DNA of 64,000 bases, taken from positions 32,001 to 96,000 of the IMG/VR virus record IMGVR_UViG_3300022723_000207; one strand, written 5' to 3'. Positions 58,435 to 64,000 of the stretch are shown piece after piece. Positions within the stretch are counted from its first letter, which is position 1, and each line of letters begins with the position of its first letter. The position numbers and the translations under genes were made by a program. The stretch is from a virus. Under the pieces are notes generated by a model. It saw only the letters and a list, made by a program, of their open reading frames with translations. It was not told the DNA's origin and did no database searches.

Positions 58435-59337
58435 ATGCCTAGCGTCTTTGATCAATTGCGAGAGCGTGGTATCATTAAAGATTATCCTCGTTTTCTTAAG
58501 AGTAATGTCCATTATGAAACGATCATGGGCTCCATAGCCTATGGTGTGAGTGGTGATTCTAGTGATTTTGATGTGTATGGTTTTGCTATTCCACCAAAGA
58601 ACATTCTATTTCCCCATTTGGATGGCTATATTCCAGGGTTTGGCGCTCAACCGCCAAAATTTGATCAATTTCAAAAACACCATTTAATGGATAAAGATGC
58701 TGAGGGAGGCAAAGGCCGTGAATACGATCTAAATATCTATAATATTGTGAAGTATTTCGATTTATGCATGGGCTGTAATCCCAATATGATCGATAGTTTG
58801 TTCACGCCTCGACGTTGTGTTTTGCATTCGACTCATATTGGTGAGTTGGTCAGGGACAATCGTAAATTGTTTTTATCAAAGCTGTGCTGGCACAAATTCA
58901 AGGGCTACGCTTACAGCCAAATGCAGAAAATGAAGAGCCAGACTCGTATTGGCAAGCGGGCAGAAGTAGTCCAGGAGTACGGCTATGATCTCAAATTCGC
59001 TTATCATATGGTTCGATTAATGCATGAAGTAGAACAAATTTTAGAAGAGAACGATTTAGACTTAGAGCGAAATCGCGAACAATTAAAGTCTATTAGACGT
59101 GGTGAGTGGACGTTAGAAGAAGTCGAAAATTACTTTGCTGTTAAGGAAGAAGTTCTAGAGCAAGCTTATGCAAAATCGGATTTGCCGCACAAACCACGTG
59201 AGGCAGAGATCAAGGATTTGCTGGTTCATTGTCTAGAGTCTACATTAGATGGCGTGGATAAGGCGATTAATATTCCTGACCAAGCCATTAGGGCTCTGAA
59301 AGAAATACAAGTTATATGTGACAAAGCTATTAAATAG
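58435..59337 (+). CDS. polymerase-beta-family nucleotidyltransferase (RlaP/YcgL/NrdC.11-like)
   Basis: GSIAYG...SDFDVYG, NPNMIDSLF, F.GYA, YDLKFAYHMVRL, L..IRRG. Confidence 0.8.
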   Translation: MPSVFDQLRERGIIKDYPRFLKSNVHYETIMGSIAYGVSGDSSDFDVYGFAIPPKNILFPHLDGYIPGFGAQPPKFDQFQKHHLMDKDAEGGKGREYDLNIYNIVKYFDLCMGCNPNMIDSLFTPRRCVLHSTHIGELVRDNRKLFLSKLCWHKFKGYAYSQMQKMKSQTRIGKRAEVVQEYGYDLKFAYHMVRLMHEVEQILEENDLDLERNREQLKSIRRGEWTLEEVENYFAVKEEVLEQAYAKSDLPHKPREAEIKDLLVHCLESTLDGVDKAINIPDQAIRALKEIQVICDKAIK

Positions 59338-59405
59338 ATATAGCGCTTTATAGTCTATAGTAAAATAGGGATTTATTTATTTTAAGTTAAATATATAAAT
59401 CAGAT

Positions 59406-59684
59406 ATGAGTAAGAAGCGTTACATCTGTGCTGGGCCACGAGCAAATGAGCCTGATGCTAATGGTATAATCTATCCGAAGGAAGTTTTGCAAAAAGCTAT
59501 CGAAGAAGCGCAATATAGAGTTAAGGAAGGCAAAATGCTGGCCCATTGTGGGTCAGGCTGTGGGTCAGGCTGTGGGTCAGGCTATGAGGTAGAGTTAGAC
59601 AAGATTGTTGGAATAGTGCGCAGCTTAGACTTAGAAGATGATAGAGTGATTATAGAAGTAGAAAGTTTGGACAACCAGGAATAA
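59406..59684 (+). CDS. truncated, catalytically dead prohead-protease-like protein
   Basis: ANEPDANGIIYPKEVLQKAIE aligns with ADTPNENGRVYPSEVMREALE of gp21; no GELDHP or SSRG. Confidence 0.6.
   Translation: MSKKRYICAGPRANEPDANGIIYPKEVLQKAIEEAQYRVKEGKMLAHCGSGCGSGCGSGYEVELDKIVGIVRSLDLEDDRVIIEVESLDNQE
59547..59582 (+). repeat. 12-nt tandem repeat x3 (TGTGGGTCAGGC, encoding CGSG)
   Basis: Three perfect copies. Confidence 0.9.
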
Positions 59685-59941
59685 TGTCAGCAGAAGATTA
59701 TTTTGCAGCTGATGGATACGATATCAGCTTGGAAGAAGAATTCGAAATCCAGGCCGGTGAAGATAGGATGGCTGGGCTGGGATGGCAGAAGCGTAATGTT
59801 GATATGACTGCCTGTGCTAATGGCTTTGGGATCGTGCATAATGCTAGAGTTGTGGCATCTGGAAATAATTGGCGAGCGGTGGTTGTAAAAGCCAAAGAGC
59901 TGGCTAAGAAGTACGGATTTGTTGATGTCATCAGAAGATGA
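59684..59941 (+). CDS. hypothetical protein
   Basis: TAATG overlap, AGGA RBS. Confidence 0.55.
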   Translation: MSAEDYFAADGYDISLEEEFEIQAGEDRMAGLGWQKRNVDMTACANGFGIVHNARVVASGNNWRAVVVKAKELAKKYGFVDVIRR

Positions 59942-60187
59942 CACATATCGCCAATGATGGGCTTCCTGCCCACAAAAACGCTGATCCTGACTGCAAGATT
60001 TGCGATGGCATGGAGTTGCACTAAAGGAAGTTCGACATGATATCAAAGAACTTAGATGGTACATTGAAGGCAAGTGATGGTTAGAATTAGCGACTATCAC
60101 TGGACTGAATTAGAAGATTGGTTTTAGAAACAGATAGGAAACGTAGCTCAAAATTAACATGGAGAAACAAAATGACAAAAATCATAA

Positions 60188-60379
60188 ATGTTAAAAAAGA
60201 AGCTAAAGCTAAAAGCTAAAGCTAAAAAAGTTGAAGCAATAAAAAAGGTCAGAGAAGCCAAAGCGGAAGCTGCGACCAACGCAGTAATAGAAAAGTCCAT
60301 TAGTAAAAGAATATTTATTTTGTCATTATTAGCGACTGTTTCTGCTATGGTTGCATATCTTTATTTTGCGGGGATGTAA
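60188..60379 (+). CDS. small basic protein with a C-terminal transmembrane helix
   Basis: IFILSLLATVSAMVAYLYF. Confidence 0.5.
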   Translation: MLKKKLKLKAKAKKVEAIKKVREAKAEAATNAVIEKSISKRIFILSLLATVSAMVAYLYFAGM

Positions 60380-60557
60380 TTTAAAGGCTCAATTGTTTTC
60401 ATGGTTAGCTCAGCTGTACCAATAGGATGGCACTTGAATGTGGTGGGATAGGATTGGCAGTAGTATGTTTGTGAAGCTGGCTTAATGTGGGATAAGTATT
60501 GTGATGGTAATCCTCATAAGTGCAAAAAAGCAGAACTAAAGTTTAAGGATAGGCCCC

Positions 60558-60812
60558 ATGGTTGAAAAGAAGCCCAAAAGTGAAATTTTAAAAGAAGTCC
60601 TAGATCAGAATGGGCTTAAAACTTCCATGACTTTCACTAGAAAAGCTGTATATGAAGCGATGCAGACATATGCCAATCAAGAAATAGCGGCCATTGAAGT
60701 TGAGCTGGATGCTGCCACTAAAGTTCTAGATATTATTATAAACTCTGAAACAGCGGAAGATCTCATTGCAATGAGGGATGCCCTTAGATTGGAAGTAAAA
60801 GATGACGATTAG
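60558..60812 (+). CDS. hypothetical protein
   Basis: 84-aa ORF. Confidence 0.55.
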   Translation: MVEKKPKSEILKEVLDQNGLKTSMTFTRKAVYEAMQTYANQEIAAIEVELDAATKVLDIIINSETAEDLIAMRDALRLEVKDDD

Positions 60813-60828
60813 CGGAATATAAAGATAT

Positions 60829-61350
60829 ATGGATAAAGATTCAACATTTTTAGTAATTGATGTAGAATCAGTCGGTTTACATGGTACTGCATTTGCAGTA
60901 GCTGGCATGTTGCTAAATTGGGAAGGTGTTGGATGGACTTTCACTTATGCCTGCCACCCAGACAAAGCTTCTGGCGCAGATTCTGATCGCAAGTGGGTCA
61001 TGGAAAATGTGCCGAAGTTGGATTATAATTGTGATAATCCTCGCGAAGTTCGTGATTTATTTTGGGATATGTGGATTGATACTAAAAAGAAATACCAAAA
61101 CGTGATCATGGCGGCGGAATGCTCATGGCCAGTTGAAGCTAGATTTTTAAACAGTTGCATTGATGATGATAAAGAGTTACGGAATTGGCTTGGTCCCTAC
61201 CCGTTGCATGATATTTCTTCTATTATGCTGGCTGTTGGCATGGATCCAATGAATAATTATCGGCGTTTAAAGGACGAAAAACCAGAGCACCATCCGCTGT
61301 CTGATGTCAAATTATCGGCTAGACTTTTGCGGGAAGCATTCGATGGATAA
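60829..61350 (+). CDS. DEDDh-type 3'-5' exonuclease
   Basis: VIDVESVG...HHPLSDV. Confidence 0.7.
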   Translation: MDKDSTFLVIDVESVGLHGTAFAVAGMLLNWEGVGWTFTYACHPDKASGADSDRKWVMENVPKLDYNCDNPREVRDLFWDMWIDTKKKYQNVIMAAECSWPVEARFLNSCIDDDKELRNWLGPYPLHDISSIMLAVGMDPMNNYRRLKDEKPEHHPLSDVKLSARLLREAFDG

Positions 61351-61624
61351 GAGGATATTCGAAGTAAAAGTAAAATCTGAAGAATTTCGTGATGCCATTA
61401 TACAGTCTTTAACATTATGCCGATTTCATTTTATTGAGCCGTGCGACTTTGTTGTTGGCGATAAGTTTGTGACTATTGACGACAATTGCAATATCAATAT
61501 TTATGATGCAATATCAGCTTGTGGTGATGTGATTAGTCTTAATGTTGATTCATTGTTAATTGTTGGGATGGTTGACTCCGTTAATAGTTTTTATAAAGCA
61601 CCTGACTATTTTATTAAAATGTGA
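61343..61624 (+). CDS. hypothetical protein
   Basis: ORF track 61304-61624; the ATG (MDKRIF) overlapping the exonuclease end is the more plausible start. Confidence 0.45.
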   Translation: MDKRIFEVKVKSEEFRDAIIQSLTLCRFHFIEPCDFVVGDKFVTIDDNCNINIYDAISACGDVISLNVDSLLIVGMVDSVNSFYKAPDYFIKM

Positions 61625-61697
61625 CTAACTTACATATATCAGAGGGATGGTATATATGACACGTTAGTTGGGCTAAACATTGTGAAGGAACAAATAC

Positions 61698-62483
61698 GTG
61701 GCTGATCGAGTTGCTAAATTTGATAGGCTTGTTTTCCCAATAATTAAAAATATGCCGTCATTTGGTAAGTTTGTTGATGGTGATTTTTCTGGTGTTGATT
61801 TTGAAGCTTTCCAAACTGATCGAGAATTCAATAAAGACGATTATCGTGTGTGGTTTCAAGAAATATGTGATAGCCAGGGCATTGAAAATCAGCATCGTTT
61901 TGCTGTGGCGACTATATTGAAAGAACTAGAGATTTTGTTATACACCCCAGAGGACGTTGCTGGTAGTGGCATCATCAACGATCTAGTTGGTGTTCAACCT
62001 ATAATGGCACCAACAGAGTTAAGGTATAGGTATACAATGACTATTAATTTTTATCATCCTGATGAGAAATATGGCTGTTTCTCTAATTTTTCTAGGCATG
62101 AAGTTGATCTGGGCGGTTATGTTTGGCCAACTAGTGAACATTATTATCAAGCGCAAAAATTTGAGGATCATGATATTCAAAAAAGAGTGCGTAATTGCAA
62201 AGGGCCTGGCGCAGCACGAGGGATGGGGCGTGATCGATCATTACCGCTTAAGAAAAATTGGGAACAGATTAAAGACGATGTGATGTATAAGGTGGTGCTT
62301 GCTAAATTCACGCAGCATAGGCATATTAAAGAAATCCTACTGGGTACTGGTCATAATCATTTAGTTGAGAAATCACCAATCGATTATTATTGGGGGTCTG
62401 GAGCAGATGGAACTGGCCAGAACAAGCTTGGTAGGACACTTATGAAAGTAAGAGAATATTTATCTAATAGTCGTTTCCTTTAG
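61698..62483 (+). CDS. capsid-protein-like N-terminal segment fused to a NADAR domain
   Basis: NADAR from 62037: INFY...YGCFSNF...WPTSEHYYQAQKF...AKFTQH...LVEKSP.DYYWG.G.DG.GQNKLG..LM.VRE. N-terminal part contains IINDLVGVQPIMAP..LRYRY. Confidence 0.8.
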   Translation: MADRVAKFDRLVFPIIKNMPSFGKFVDGDFSGVDFEAFQTDREFNKDDYRVWFQEICDSQGIENQHRFAVATILKELEILLYTPEDVAGSGIINDLVGVQPIMAPTELRYRYTMTINFYHPDEKYGCFSNFSRHEVDLGGYVWPTSEHYYQAQKFEDHDIQKRVRNCKGPGAARGMGRDRSLPLKKNWEQIKDDVMYKVVLAKFTQHRHIKEILLGTGHNHLVEKSPIDYYWGSGADGTGQNKLGRTLMKVREYLSNSRFL

Positions 62484-62582
62484 AAACTGTCCGTGACGCA
62501 TTCGTGCGTATCGGCAGTCCAAAAGCTGCACACTTGTTGTGTTGGGATGATATCATGAGCATCTACTATCAAGAGGTCGGTC

Positions 62583-63215
62583 ATGAATGAAAGATTTAAA
62601 GAATGGGCAACCAGCATATTAATGGATTCTGGGATAGTGCCATGTAAATTGGATGACACCTTAAGCGGCCTGTTAGCATATTATAATAATGGCAGGTATT
62701 ATCATAATCCTGCTCACATCCTCTACATGTTGGATCGCATGGAAGAAGCTGGTTGGACCAGCACTAATCTTTCTTTTGCGATTTTATTTCATGATGTGTA
62801 CTATGCGCTTGGGGTTGGGCGTGGTGTTAATGAAAGAATTAGCGCCGATATAGCCCTACGATCTTTAGAAGATTGCCTTTATATCTTTCGTGATTGTGCT
62901 GCTATTGAAAGAATGATTATGGCAACTGCAGATTTTATGGATTCAATTCACACAGATACAAACTGCCAGAAGATTTGTGATCTAGATCTTTCTTCATTAG
63001 CTCGTGAACCTTATGAAGATTTTGTTTATCAACAGAGAGAAATTTTGATGGAGAACGGTTTAGGAGTTGAGCATCTTCATAAATCCGCGTATTTTTTAAA
63101 CACGCTATTAGAAAAACGAGGTGATGATTTGTTTTATACTGATTACGGTAAAAAGCACTGGCTAGATAAGGCAAAAGATAATATCCAAAGGTTAGAAAGT
63201 GATTATGGTTCATGA
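62583..63215 (+). CDS. HD-domain phosphohydrolase (COG4339-like)
   Basis: RYYHNPAHI, AILFHDVYY, NERISA, CDLDLSSL. Confidence 0.8.
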   Translation: MNERFKEWATSILMDSGIVPCKLDDTLSGLLAYYNNGRYYHNPAHILYMLDRMEEAGWTSTNLSFAILFHDVYYALGVGRGVNERISADIALRSLEDCLYIFRDCAAIERMIMATADFMDSIHTDTNCQKICDLDLSSLAREPYEDFVYQQREILMENGLGVEHLHKSAYFLNTLLEKRGDDLFYTDYGKKHWLDKAKDNIQRLESDYGS

Positions 63216-63240
63216 TTGCTGCTATTTTGTTAAAAATAAT

Positions 63241-64000
63241 ATGATTACACAAATAGCGGTTGCTGACTCTTATGGTGCAGCTTATGAGTTTGCTCCTAAG
63301 CCACCGCTTAATGATTTAAAATTTCATAAGCATCCTAATCGAAAAGACGATTTAGTGGAAGGTGAGTATACTGATGATACTCAGATGACGCTGGCGATCA
63401 TGCGCCATATGATTAGTGATAAGCCTTGGAATCAATATTGGATCGCTTGGCATTTTTTGGATGAATACCGCAATTATAGTATTGATGGGTATGCTAGAAG
63501 ATTTCAAAAGTTTTTAGATGATTGCCGATCTATTAATGATTTTGTGTCTAAGATATCTCCTAAATCCAAGAGAAATGGTAGCGTAATGCGCTCTGTTCCA
63601 ATTGGGGTGTTACCCACGCCTGAGGATGTTGTTAATTATTCTTATATTCAGTCATCAGTTACTCATGCCACCCCATCAAGTTGTATTAGTTCAGCGTCAG
63701 TTGCTTTAGCGTCTCACTACTACTATCATGATCTAGGTCCTAAATCTAAGGTTTCTGAATATCTAAAAGGAATCCTGGGATTTTCACTTAAGCGAGTGGA
63801 CACTAAAGTAGCTTGTGATGCTGTGGAGACGGCCCACGCTGCTCTTTGGATATCCAAAAGCACCGATGATTTAGACTTAGCTATGAAAAAGGCGGTAGAT
63901 CTAGGGGGTGATACCGATTCGGTAGCAGCGGTTGCTTGTGGATTAATATCTATGAGACCCGGTTTGAATGATGAAATGGAATTAACTAGCCTTTTGTCAG
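63241..64000 (+). CDS. ADP-ribosylglycohydrolase (DraG/ARH family), truncated by the window end
   Basis: Hand translation: AVADSYGAAYEF, YTDDTQMT, NGSVMR..PIG, VTH, GGDTDSVAAVA; no stop before 64000. Confidence 0.85.
   Translation, partial: MITQIAVADSYGAAYEFAPKPPLNDLKFHKHPNRKDDLVEGEYTDDTQMTLAIMRHMISDKPWNQYWIAWHFLDEYRNYSIDGYARRFQKFLDDCRSINDFVSKISPKSKRNGSVMRSVPIGVLPTPEDVVNYSYIQSSVTHATPSSCISSASVALASHYYYHDLGPKSKVSEYLKGILGFSLKRVDTKVACDAVETAHAALWISKSTDDLDLAMKKAVDLGGDTDSVAAVACGLISMRPGLNDEMELTSLLS

Noticed and set aside
1-64000. Alternative genetic code (TAG/TGA recoding), as in some jumbo phages
   Set aside because: Core genes are full length in the standard code, and TAA, TAG and TGA all end conserved genes
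1-64000. CRISPR array, tRNA or rRNA genes
   Set aside because: No regularly spaced repeats or cloverleaf signatures seen by eye; intergenic gaps are short. A covariance search was not run

Overview
64-kb fragment of a large, AT-rich T4-like (myovirus, probably jumbo) bacteriophage genome. It reads cleanly in the standard code and almost entirely on the + strand. Order: a replication/recombination block (thumb-less family-A polymerase core, UvsY, gp32 SSB, 5' nuclease/RNase H, Hjc-like resolvase); two glycosyltransferases, one intein-containing and one broken by a T17 tract; primase; baseplate, neck and tail genes (gp5, gp25, gp6, gp13, gp14, gp15, gp18, gp19, gp26 plus a start-less gp51-like frame); a sigma70-type factor, UvsW and an intein-containing gp55-like late sigma; the packaging/head module (TerL, portal, acidic core proteins, prohead protease, scaffold, major capsid protein); then an accessory region with a nucleotidyltransferase, DEDD exonuclease, NADAR, HD hydrolase and ADP-ribosylglycohydrolase. 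The strongest leads are: (i) a dispersed family of mobile genes fusing a Vsr/DUF559-like nuclease to a Mom-like GNAT domain; (ii) truncated mimics of the phage's own capsid protein (the Gol-peptide region, fused to NADAR) and prohead protease in a likely counter-defence island; (iii) a sigma70 factor that looks late-expressed and possibly head-packaged; (iv) a possibly phase-variable glycosyltransferase; (v) a candidate gp26/gp51 programmed frameshift; (vi) inteins in two atypical hosts. All family calls come from motif recognition by eye; no searches were run.
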